Origin: Leptospiraceae bacterium
GTDB lineage: Bacteria; Spirochaetota; Leptospiria; Leptospirales; Leptospiraceae
Assembly: GCA_022402465.1 (NCBI GenBank)
Contig: JAKRSH010000026.1
Location: 112,741-176,740 of the forward strand
Direction: 5' to 3'
Length of the DNA stretch: 64,000 nt
The notes beneath the pieces are model-generated. The model did not search any database, was not told the origin of the DNA, and saw only the letters and a program-made list of their open reading frames with translations. The position numbers and the translations under genes were made by a program. Positions 9,722 to 18,073 of this stretch are shown piece after piece; the stretch's first letter is position 1; every line of letters starts with the position of its first letter.

Positions 9722-10564
9722 ATGTCTACCATTCGTGTTCCCAAATTAGCAATCAAGCTAATGACTTATTCTATCATTCTGTCTGCAGGATTATATTTTA
9801 TATCTCCTTCCCTTCAATCGCAGGAAGCACCATCAACTGGAGTAGCCCAAGAAAAGTCAGAAAGTACCGAAACTGCAACCAAAGCTCCAGAGGCAGCCCA
9901 AGAGCAAGTTGCTGCCCCCAAAGCAAAGATAGGATTTGTTGATTTATTTGTTACAGGTGGATGGTCTATGTGGCCTCTTCTACTTTCCTCTATTATAGCT
10001 ATGGGAATTATTTTTGAAAGAATGTATTTTTTCTTCACTACAAAACTGATTGCAAAAGGTTATAACCAAGACTTACAAGATGCAATTGATACAGGTGGAC
10101 TTGCAGGTGCTGAAAAATTCTTAGCAGATCATAGCGACCAAAGAATAACAGAAGTTTTAGTAAACGGTATGGCTGTATCACAGAATGATCCTGAAATTTT
10201 TTCACAAGGTGTAGAAAGAGAAGCAGGTGAGATTATCACTCTTCTTGAGAAAGGTTTAGTTGTTCTTGCTGCTGTATCAACCATAGCTCCTTTGATCGGA
10301 TTCTTAGGGACGGTATCAGGTATGATCAATGCCTTTGATGCAATTGCAAATGCGGACCAAGTGAACGCAAAAGTAGTTGCTGGTGGTATCAAAGAAGCTT
10401 TGATTACGACAGCTGCAGGTTTGATTGTAGCGATTCCAGCTATGGTTTTCTACCAATACCTAACTTCTAGAGTAAATGCCTTTACCTCTGAAGTGGAAGA
10501 AGCCGCTAATAAAATTTACAAAGAATACCTCAAGAAAAAAGCAACAGTAAAATCTGGTAACTAA
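9722..10564 (+). CDS. exbB: MotA/TolQ/ExbB proton-channel protein
   Basis: 280-aa ORF. It has an N-terminal signal/periplasmic extension, then three TM segments with the conserved ExbB C-terminal core (..[42 protein letters not shown]..). It is the first gene of a tightly spaced exbB-exbD-exbD-tonB cluster. Confidence 0.85.
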   Translation: MSTIRVPKLAIKLMTYSIILSAGLYFISPSLQSQEAPSTGVAQEKSESTETATKAPEAAQEQVAAPKAKIGFVDLFVTGGWSMWPLLLSSIIAMGIIFERMYFFFTTKLIAKGYNQDLQDAIDTGGLAGAEKFLADHSDQRITEVLVNGMAVSQNDPEIFSQGVEREAGEIITLLEKGLVVLAAVSTIAPLIGFLGTVSGMINAFDAIANADQVNAKVVAGGIKEALITTAAGLIVAIPAMVFYQYLTSRVNAFTSEVEEAANKIYKEYLKKKATVKSGN

Positions 10565-10566
10565 TC

Positions 10567-10986
10567 ATGGTTAAACTTAAGAAAAAGAAAGAGCTGGAGG
10601 AAATATCAGCGGCATCCATGTCCGATATTGCCTTCCTTCTTCTTGTATTTTTTATGGTTACAGCTGTTTTCTTTGTGAAGGAAGGATTGAATATCAGCCT
10701 TCCCAAAAAGAATTCTGAGCCAGTTCCTTTTCTAAGAAAGAATGTGTATGAAATCCTTGTAACCCAAGATAAATTTAAAATGCGAAACACATCTTTTGGA
10801 ACTAAGGAGTTTACTGATCTCAAAGAATTCAGAAACGAATTGAACAAACTTGAAATCCCTCAATTGAATGAGAAGCTTGCACTCATTGTTACAACAGGGG
10901 ACACCAAGTATGGAAAGATGTTAGATGCACTTTCCGCGGTTCAACTTCGGGGATTTGAGAAAATCTCCGTAAGGAAGATGAAATAA
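10567..10986 (+). CDS. exbD: ExbD/TolR biopolymer transport protein
   Basis: 139-aa ORF starting 3 nt after the exbB stop. It has the ExbD N-terminal pattern (..[19 protein letters not shown]..) and a periplasmic domain. Confidence 0.8.
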   Translation: MVKLKKKKELEEISAASMSDIAFLLLVFFMVTAVFFVKEGLNISLPKKNSEPVPFLRKNVYEILVTQDKFKMRNTSFGTKEFTDLKEFRNELNKLEIPQLNEKLALIVTTGDTKYGKMLDALSAVQLRGFEKISVRKMK

Positions 10987-10987
10987 T

Positions 10988-11416
10988 ATGCTTAAAAGAA
11001 AAAGGAATCCTCCCACAGTTCCTGTAAGTTCGATGGCAGATATCGCCTTTTTACTATTGGTTTTCTTTATGGTAACTTCTGTATTAGATACAGATCCTGA
11101 TATTCCAATTGAACTTCCAGATGTTCCTGGCGGAGAGCAGTTGAATAAAAAGGTTGCTAATCTTTATCTTAGTGCAGATGCGAACAGAACGGTATACTAC
11201 AATTCTATTCCCAAGGCTATGAATGAAGCTATGAATGAGATCAAGGCAAAACTTTTGACTACCCCTGATCTTAAAGTATTGGTTCATGCAGATCAAAATC
11301 TCCGATACGAAGAAATTGATGCAACTTTTGAAAGGCTAAAAGAAGTCGGTGCCTTAAAAGTTTCACTAGTAACGAAAACAACCCAGGGTGGTGGACTGAA
11401 GGGGAATGGACTGTGA
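10988..11416 (+). CDS. exbD: ExbD/TolR biopolymer transport protein (second copy)
   Basis: 142-aa ORF starting 2 nt after the previous stop. It shares the N-terminal pattern ([20 protein letters not shown]) and has ..[24 protein letters not shown].. typical of ExbD. Confidence 0.8.
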   Translation: MLKRKRNPPTVPVSSMADIAFLLLVFFMVTSVLDTDPDIPIELPDVPGGEQLNKKVANLYLSADANRTVYYNSIPKAMNEAMNEIKAKLLTTPDLKVLVHADQNLRYEEIDATFERLKEVGALKVSLVTKTTQGGGLKGNGL

Positions 11417-12015
11417 CTGAAACTCAAGTACAAACTGTAGTTATCCAAAGAACCACCAAACAAAAGATACATCGTTTTATTGAAAGGTATCGACTAGAAA
11501 CGGGTATTGCTCTTTCGACTCTATTACAAGCATTAGTCATCTTTTTTTGGTATACACCGCCATTTGAATATGATAATTTAGACAATCTCGTGGAAGAAGT
11601 TGCCTTTATTGATTCTGTATCCATACAAGAACCTGCCGATGCTCAATTGGAAGATGGTGATTTTGAGTTGACAGACAAAGAAAAGGTTGAGAAAAAAGAA
11701 GATCCAAGGATAGCCTCTGCCTCTGATCCTATAGTCTCTGGTGCAACTAGCCCTGTTGATCTTACTCCGAATCTAAAGCCAGAGTATACAGCAGAAGCAA
11801 AATCAGCTGGGATAACAGGTACTCTAACCTTGGAGATGATTATTTCTGAAACAGGAGAAGTACTTAGAGTACGATCTGTGGGCAAGAAATTAGGTGCGGG
11901 TTTGGAAGAAGCAGCGATCTCAACTTTTCGTCAGAAGAAATTTTCGCCTTCCATCCTACAGGGTAAGGCAATTACTGTAAAAGTTCTTGTTCCTGTTCGA
12001 TTTACTTTGAATTAA
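11413..12015 (+). CDS. tonB: TonB-family energy transducer (C-terminal domain protein)
   Basis: 200-aa ORF overlapping the exbD stop by 4 nt. It has one N-terminal TM segment, an acidic linker, and a TonB C-terminal-like region (..[34 protein letters not shown]......F.PS...GK.I.V.V.VPV.F.L). Confidence 0.7.
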   Translation: MTETQVQTVVIQRTTKQKIHRFIERYRLETGIALSTLLQALVIFFWYTPPFEYDNLDNLVEEVAFIDSVSIQEPADAQLEDGDFELTDKEKVEKKEDPRIASASDPIVSGATSPVDLTPNLKPEYTAEAKSAGITGTLTLEMIISETGEVLRVRSVGKKLGAGLEEAAISTFRQKKFSPSILQGKAITVKVLVPVRFTLN

Positions 12016-12027
12016 AAGGATATTTTT

Positions 12028-12921
12028 ATGAAACGATCTCTACTTATATTACTAACATTTGCTATGTGTAACTGTGGGCCTAAAGAAATTTTAACCATCA
12101 CAGGATCAGAGACTATGCATGGAATGGCTGAATACTTGGGTAAAGAATTTGAGAAAGAAAATTCCAAAATTAAGGTGCAAGTATTTGGTGGTGGATCCTT
12201 ACAAGGAATCAATAAACTTATAAGTGGGGAGACAAATATTGCCTTATCCTCTAGAGATCTTGATGAGAAGGAACTTTCCAGCTTAAGCAAGAAGGGAGAT
12301 CTTGAGAAATTAATTATTGCCTATGATGGGGTTGCGATTGTAGTTCATCCTTCCAATTCAATAACAAAATTAGATCTGAGGCAAATTTCAGATATATTCC
12401 AAGGCAAATTGGTGAACTGGAAACAAGTCGGCGGATTGGATTCACCAATTCAAGTTGTTGTTCGAAATGATAAAAGTGGCACCTTGAGTTATTTTACAGA
12501 TCATATTCTAAGACAAAAAGATCTAGGACCTAAGGACTTTGAAAAGAACAAGAACAATAACTATATTGGTACAGCCAAAATTGTATCTGACAACGATGAA
12601 ATGGCTGATTTTATATCCAAGAATCCTACGGCAATAGGTTTTATGGGTATGGGTTCCGCTTTAGTGGAAAATAAAGGCAAACTAAAGACTCTTTCCTATG
12701 CAATACAAGCAAATGATACCTTTGTTGAACCTAGCATTGAAAATGTGTACAATAGAAAATACAGAATGTCCAGAGCACTCTATATGATTTACAGAGCTGA
12801 TAGTCATGGTAGTGTTGATTCATTTGCATCCTTCTTAACAGGTGAAGTAGGTCAAAAACTTATCCTAAAACGCGGTTACCTCAGGGCGAGCTTACCCGAA
12901 GTGGAAGTCAAGGCTGAATAG
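12028..12921 (+). CDS. PstS-like (PBP-like 2) phosphate/anion-binding periplasmic lipoprotein
   Basis: 297-aa ORF. Lipobox FAMCNC. The ITGSETMHGMAEYLGKEF... and ..GTLSYFTDHIL.. patterns match phosphate-ABC substrate-binding-like proteins. It is the last gene of the TonB cluster. Confidence 0.65.
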   Translation: MKRSLLILLTFAMCNCGPKEILTITGSETMHGMAEYLGKEFEKENSKIKVQVFGGGSLQGINKLISGETNIALSSRDLDEKELSSLSKKGDLEKLIIAYDGVAIVVHPSNSITKLDLRQISDIFQGKLVNWKQVGGLDSPIQVVVRNDKSGTLSYFTDHILRQKDLGPKDFEKNKNNNYIGTAKIVSDNDEMADFISKNPTAIGFMGMGSALVENKGKLKTLSYAIQANDTFVEPSIENVYNRKYRMSRALYMIYRADSHGSVDSFASFLTGEVGQKLILKRGYLRASLPEVEVKAE

Positions 12922-13037
12922 GCATCTAATTTTATAATATTCTTAGATTATTTAGTTTAAAATAATAAGATTTTCGATATTGAAATTTTTTAAAATTTGC
13001 GGTTTTAAAATAAGTAAGTTATTAAAACCTGGAATCA

Positions 13038-14843
13038 ATGGATTGGAAAGCTCGGATACGATCTACTTTAGGAGTTCGTGGTCCCAAAAGCCTCTATGTT
13101 TATGCTATCTTAATTGGCGTAATGTCTGGATTAGGTGCTTTTGCATTTGCCTATGGTCTTTCTAATGCTGAATATTTGGTTCAGACTCTTTGGATGGGAT
13201 GGAATAAATCTCATCCTGCAGGCGAGCCTTCTTTAGGGCACTCAACATCCTATTTCTATAGAGAATATCTACTTTTTCTGCCAGCTATTGGTGGTCTTAT
13301 AACAGGTTGCATTACATACTTTCTCTGTAGAGATGCACAAGGGACAGGAACTGATGCAATGATCAATGCCTTTCATTACAATGAAGGTAAGATAAGCGGA
13401 AAGGTTCCTTTTTATAAAGCAATAACTACGATTATTACACTAACAACAGGGGGAAGCGCTGGTAAAGAAGGACCAACTGCTCAGATAGGTGCAGGTATAG
13501 GCTCAAGTATAGGTAAGTTCTTGGGAGTAGGTGCGCGTGCAAGACGTACTCTGCTTCTTGCTGGAACCGCTGGTGGCTTAGGCGCAATTTTTCGAGCTCC
13601 ATTTGGAGGAGCCCTAACTGCTGTAGAGGTAGTTTACAAAGAAGACATAGAAAGTGATTCTTTGGTGCCATGCATTATTTCTTCTGTTTCCGCCTATCTA
13701 GTGTTTACTGGAATTGTCGGCAGTGGTGCAGTCTTTCAAGTTGGTAATGTCGGTCTCAAAAGTTATTATGAGTTAATATATTATTTTTTCTTGGGCATTC
13801 TTTGCTATGGTGTAGGTTTCATTTTTGTAAAGCTGTTTAATGGAATAGAGGCATATTTTACTAAATGGAATATTCATCCTGTATTAAAGCCAGCCATAGG
13901 CGGAATGATTATCGGCCCATTTGTTTACTTGATTCCTGATTTAACAGGAACTGGTTTTGGATTATTGCAAGAAGTGATTGATGGGAAGCAAATCCCAAAT
14001 TGGAATTCAAATCTCGAGCTTGCTACTTTTTTTCTTAGTGTTGCTTTCTTAAAAATCTTAACAACATCTTTTACGATTGGATCGGGTGGTTCAGGTGGAG
14101 TTTTCGGACCTTCTTTATTCATTGGTGGAATGTTAGGTGGTTTTGTTGGCTGTCTTGGACGAATTATATCTCCGGAAATGGATTTTTATATTCCTTCCTT
14201 CGTCTTAGTTGGTATGGGTGCTTTTTTTGCAGGTGTGGCAAAGGCTCCTGTTGCGGGTATGGTTATGGTGTGTGATATGATAGGTTCATACGCACTTCTT
14301 CCACCTCTAATGATTGTCTCTGTTATCACAGGAATTCTATCTAATCGTTTTTCAATTTACAAAGGGCAAGTAGTAAATCGATTTCATTCTCCCTCTCACC
14401 ACTGGGATATGAACCAAGATATTATGGAAAGAATGCTAATTTCTTCAGCATTTAAAGAATTTAGAAAACTAGCTATAGTTAAAGGTTCAACTCTTTTAAA
14501 GAATTTAGACAATCTCTCAAGTAAAATCCAAGCAAGTGATTTTATAGTGATAGATGAAGAGAATAAATACAAAGGAACTATTTCCTTACGTAAGCATAGA
14601 TTAACTGATGAATATGAAAATCTTGTAGACAATCTAATTACAATTGATGATGTCTCTGAATCCACTCCAACTGTCACAGTTCATGATTCACTAGGTAAGG
14701 CATTGAAATGTATAGTTGATTATGATATTGATAAAGTAGCAGTATTGGATTCAAATAATTCCGTACTTGGCTATCTTAGATACATAGATCTCTTTAGAAT
14801 GTATCATGAAGAAATCAAAAACCATTCAAGGATTAAGAGGTAA
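13038..14843 (+). CDS. ClC-family voltage-gated chloride channel / H+-Cl- antiporter with C-terminal CBS pair
   Basis: 601-aa ORF. ClC selectivity motifs are present (GGSAGKEGP, GSGGSGGVFGPS). It has multiple TM helices and a C-terminal ~130 aa CBS-like region. Confidence 0.85.
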   Translation: MDWKARIRSTLGVRGPKSLYVYAILIGVMSGLGAFAFAYGLSNAEYLVQTLWMGWNKSHPAGEPSLGHSTSYFYREYLLFLPAIGGLITGCITYFLCRDAQGTGTDAMINAFHYNEGKISGKVPFYKAITTIITLTTGGSAGKEGPTAQIGAGIGSSIGKFLGVGARARRTLLLAGTAGGLGAIFRAPFGGALTAVEVVYKEDIESDSLVPCIISSVSAYLVFTGIVGSGAVFQVGNVGLKSYYELIYYFFLGILCYGVGFIFVKLFNGIEAYFTKWNIHPVLKPAIGGMIIGPFVYLIPDLTGTGFGLLQEVIDGKQIPNWNSNLELATFFLSVAFLKILTTSFTIGSGGSGGVFGPSLFIGGMLGGFVGCLGRIISPEMDFYIPSFVLVGMGAFFAGVAKAPVAGMVMVCDMIGSYALLPPLMIVSVITGILSNRFSIYKGQVVNRFHSPSHHWDMNQDIMERMLISSAFKEFRKLAIVKGSTLLKNLDNLSSKIQASDFIVIDEENKYKGTISLRKHRLTDEYENLVDNLITIDDVSESTPTVTVHDSLGKALKCIVDYDIDKVAVLDSNNSVLGYLRYIDLFRMYHEEIKNHSRIKR

Positions 14844-14892
14844 TTTTTGCTATATTGAATCTAACTGATTTTCTTTAGCTATTAAAAATAAC

Positions 14893-15432
14893 ATGAGAAT
14901 TAAAAATAAAATTATTCAATATTTTAGTATATTCTTACTTTCAAATTGTTCTCTACTCCATTTTACAAGAGAAGAACCACAAGCAGTTGAAAAGAAAGTA
15001 GTGATTATACAAACTCAATACCCTAAGCCTATAGTTGGGCGAGTAGAATGGATAGATTTACCTGATTTTCAGCTAAAAATTAGGTCTAGAATAGATACAG
15101 GTGCAAAGTCTTGTTCTCTTCATGCTACAAATATAGTTCCAGAAAAGGAAGGGGATGCCTTGTTCGTAAATTATGATTCAATAGGGAATGATGGAAAACC
15201 CGTTCGCTTACGATCCAAGGTTCTTTATGAATCTAAGGTAACAAGTACTAATGGAAAAACAGAATCACGTTATGTAATTCGTGCTAAAGTGAAACTTGGA
15301 AAAGTTTCAGAAATAGTTAATGTTAATCTTAATGATAGAACAAATTTAACTTATAATTTTCTGGTTGGAAGGAATTTACTGATGGGTAATTTCGTAGTTG
15401 ATGTTTCTTCTTCCCATGTCTTGGGGGATTAA
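14893..15432 (+). CDS. retropepsin-like protease of the 'ATP-dependent zinc protease' (RimB-like) family
   Basis: 179-aa ORF. Lipobox-like LLSNCS. The aspartic-protease signature D-T-G-A lies at nt 15094-15105 (RIDTGAKSCSLHA). It is the first gene of a three-gene overlapping operon. Confidence 0.65.
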   Translation: MRIKNKIIQYFSIFLLSNCSLLHFTREEPQAVEKKVVIIQTQYPKPIVGRVEWIDLPDFQLKIRSRIDTGAKSCSLHATNIVPEKEGDALFVNYDSIGNDGKPVRLRSKVLYESKVTSTNGKTESRYVIRAKVKLGKVSEIVNVNLNDRTNLTYNFLVGRNLLMGNFVVDVSSSHVLGD

Positions 15433-17054
15433 TGAGAAAAATTATTTATATTCCTGCTTCTATATTGATAGCAATTCCACTTCTAACAATTTTTTATAAA
15501 ATCTATTTTGCTGGGTTGTCATTTCTTCCTGTTAGCTTAGATTATATATGGAATATTGAAATATTAATTTCGCCTAAACAAGAATCTAAGTATATTCAAC
15601 TGAATTTTCCTATTTTAAAAAGTACAGATGATCTCGAAGTTATTCAATCTAATTTTGACAATCGTTCTTTGAATTTAGATCTTGAAAAAAAGAGCTATGG
15701 TAATCTTGCCAAATGGGAATCAGAAAATGATGAAGGTGAAACGTATGATGTTCTCCAGCAGAAACCTATTGTTTATAATGCAAAAATAAAGTTAATAAAT
15801 GTTGATTATCCAATTATTGAAAAAGATTCAAGCAGAAAATATACACCTAAAATTAATAAGTATCTCGAACTCAACCAATATTCCAAAAAAGAATTATTAG
15901 AAGCTAATAAATTGATAAAAGCACTATCTATAGAAGATAAAGATAAAACTGAAAAAGCAAAGTATATTTATTATTTCATCCATGAAGAAATTCTTAATAC
16001 TTTAAAAACTCTTTCCCTGGAAGAGTCTATGCTTTTAAGGAAAGGTTCTAGTTACAATAAATCCAAATTGTATACACTTCTATGTAGACTATCAGGCGTT
16101 CCTACTCGAACTATCATGGGCATTTATTTAGATCAGAACCAAAACAGCGAAGAAGAAGATAAATTCAAAATTCAATATTGGAATGAAGTTTATTTAAATA
16201 ATCGTTGGTTCCCCGTTCTTACTATGAATGAATATTTTGGAACAAAGCCATCACATTATGTTAGTTTGTATAGAAATGCAGATCGAATCTCATCTTCTTT
16301 CGAGGATTCTAATTCTAATTTTAACTATAGAATTTATGCAAAACAAGTCCAAGCAAATAGCTATAACCTTAAAGAGTATGCTAAGGAGGTTAAAGAGTCA
16401 GGAACTTTTATAAACCTTATATCTTTGTATGGTCTACCTATTAACCAACAAAGTTTATACAGAATGATTTTACTTCTTCCTCTTGGAGGTCTGATACTTT
16501 CCGTCTTTAGAAATATAATAGGTGTTCCAACATTTGGAATTTTTACCCCAATATTATTGACCTTATTTTTCTTTGAATCAGGTTTAGCCTTTGGATTAGT
16601 CTTTTTCACATTGATAGTTGCCTTTGGTTTCTTTGAACGGTATATACTAGATAAGCTTTATCTTCTTGCTGTTCCAAGAATGTCAATAATTTTGACTTTA
16701 ACTGTTTTTTCATTGGTTCTCTTCTCTACATTTACAAATAGCTTCCAACTTCTTTCCGGAATTGGCATTAATTTATTTCCTATTGTAATAACAACAGTCT
16801 TTATCGAAAGATTTAGTGTTATGCTCATCGAGGAAGGCAGTCTCAACACTATTATTGCAGTCTCTGGAACTTTATTTGTTTCAATAACAACGTATTTACT
16901 TTTTTTGATTCCTAATCTTTCTATAATCTTTTTTACCCACCCTGAATTACTTTTAATGATAGTAGGATTCCTACTGATTCTAGGAGATTACAAAGGTTAT
17001 CGAATTTCTGAATTAATCCGTTTTAAAGATTTGGTAAAAGTAAAGGGATTATGA
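15432..17054 (+). CDS. inactive transglutaminase-like domain fused to a 7-TM module
   Basis: 540-aa ORF whose start overlaps the previous stop by 1 nt. The periplasmic domain has a transglutaminase-core-like segment in which Ser occupies the expected catalytic Cys position (RKGSSYNKSKLYTLLCRLSGVPTRTIMG). Seven hydrophobic helices fill the C-terminal ~210 aa. Confidence 0.6.
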   Translation: MRKIIYIPASILIAIPLLTIFYKIYFAGLSFLPVSLDYIWNIEILISPKQESKYIQLNFPILKSTDDLEVIQSNFDNRSLNLDLEKKSYGNLAKWESENDEGETYDVLQQKPIVYNAKIKLINVDYPIIEKDSSRKYTPKINKYLELNQYSKKELLEANKLIKALSIEDKDKTEKAKYIYYFIHEEILNTLKTLSLEESMLLRKGSSYNKSKLYTLLCRLSGVPTRTIMGIYLDQNQNSEEEDKFKIQYWNEVYLNNRWFPVLTMNEYFGTKPSHYVSLYRNADRISSSFEDSNSNFNYRIYAKQVQANSYNLKEYAKEVKESGTFINLISLYGLPINQQSLYRMILLLPLGGLILSVFRNIIGVPTFGIFTPILLTLFFFESGLAFGLVFFTLIVAFGFFERYILDKLYLLAVPRMSIILTLTVFSLVLFSTFTNSFQLLSGIGINLFPIVITTVFIERFSVMLIEEGSLNTIIAVSGTLFVSITTYLLFLIPNLSIIFFTHPELLLMIVGFLLILGDYKGYRISELIRFKDLVKVKGL

Positions 17055-18019
17055 TTTTTCAGACATTGAAAAATTCTGGCATACTTGGAATGAACCAAAG
17101 AATTGGTGAATTTATTTTGCCCTTGAATCCTAGGCATCTTTATCCTTTAGTTGATGATAAATCTATTACTTATAATCTTTCACAACAATTCAATATTCCC
17201 ATGCCCAAGACATTTTTTGAGATTAAGGAATTTGGTGAAATCAAAGAAACCGAAAATAAATTGAAAGATATTCCGAGTTTTGTTATAAAACCTTCTAGGG
17301 GTGGTATGGGAAATGGTATCCTTGTTATAAATGATACAATTTCAAATGGTAAAGAAGTTTTTTACAAACGAGGAAGTAATGTAACAATTACGACCCAAGA
17401 ACTTCACCATCATATATCTGGGATACTTTCTGGTCTTTATTCTTTGAATGGGAATCCTGATAAAGTTATCTTTCAAGAAAAATTAAATCTGCATCCCATA
17501 TTTCATGGTTATGTAGATTCAGGCATCCCAGACCTTAGGATTATTTTATTCAAAGGAATACCCGTACTATCGATGTTACGTTTCCCAACCAAAGATTCTG
17601 GAGGTAGGGCAAACCTGCACCAAGGTGCTGTTGGAGTTGGATTGAATATGTTAAATGGAAGAGCCACTTTCTTAGTTCATAGAAATAAAATGGTAAACGA
17701 TTATATTGAATTTACTAAGGATATACAAAAATTTCAGATCCCAGATTGGCCTCAAATTTTACACCTGGCTTCAAAAACTTATGATATGGTTAATATGGGT
17801 TATTTGGGTGTGGATATTGTTTTAGATCCTGATAGAGGGCCTATTCTACTAGAATTGAATGCTAGACCAGGATTAGCGATTCAACTCGCCAATCGTATGG
17901 GGCTTGCAAAGATCTTGCAGGATATTCAATCTAGAGAACTTGAGCTTGATTCCTTTGAAAGTAGAGTCGCATTTTGTTTTGAATTTTGGAATTCGCAAAA
18001 AGCTTCACAATATATTTGA
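17051..18019 (+). CDS. RimK-related ATP-grasp ligase (alpha-L-glutamate ligase-like protein)
   Basis: 322-aa ORF overlapping the previous stop by 4 nt. ATP-grasp pattern (..FVIKPSRGGMGNGILVI.. ; ..GRANLHQGAVGVGL.. ; ..GYLGVDIVLDPDRGPILLELNARPGL..). Confidence 0.7.
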   Translation: MIFQTLKNSGILGMNQRIGEFILPLNPRHLYPLVDDKSITYNLSQQFNIPMPKTFFEIKEFGEIKETENKLKDIPSFVIKPSRGGMGNGILVINDTISNGKEVFYKRGSNVTITTQELHHHISGILSGLYSLNGNPDKVIFQEKLNLHPIFHGYVDSGIPDLRIILFKGIPVLSMLRFPTKDSGGRANLHQGAVGVGLNMLNGRATFLVHRNKMVNDYIEFTKDIQKFQIPDWPQILHLASKTYDMVNMGYLGVDIVLDPDRGPILLELNARPGLAIQLANRMGLAKILQDIQSRELELDSFESRVAFCFEFWNSQKASQYI

Positions 18020-18073
18020 GATAAGATCCAATTGAATTGACCAATGTCATTTATGTGAGATATTGACAAGAAA

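Noticed and set aside
12980-13165. 61-aa ORF overlapping the start of the ClC gene, and a 69-aa ORF at 799-1008 overlapping the minus-strand OMP-like gene.
   Set aside because: They are out of frame or antisense with well-supported longer ORFs, and no independent coding signal is visible.
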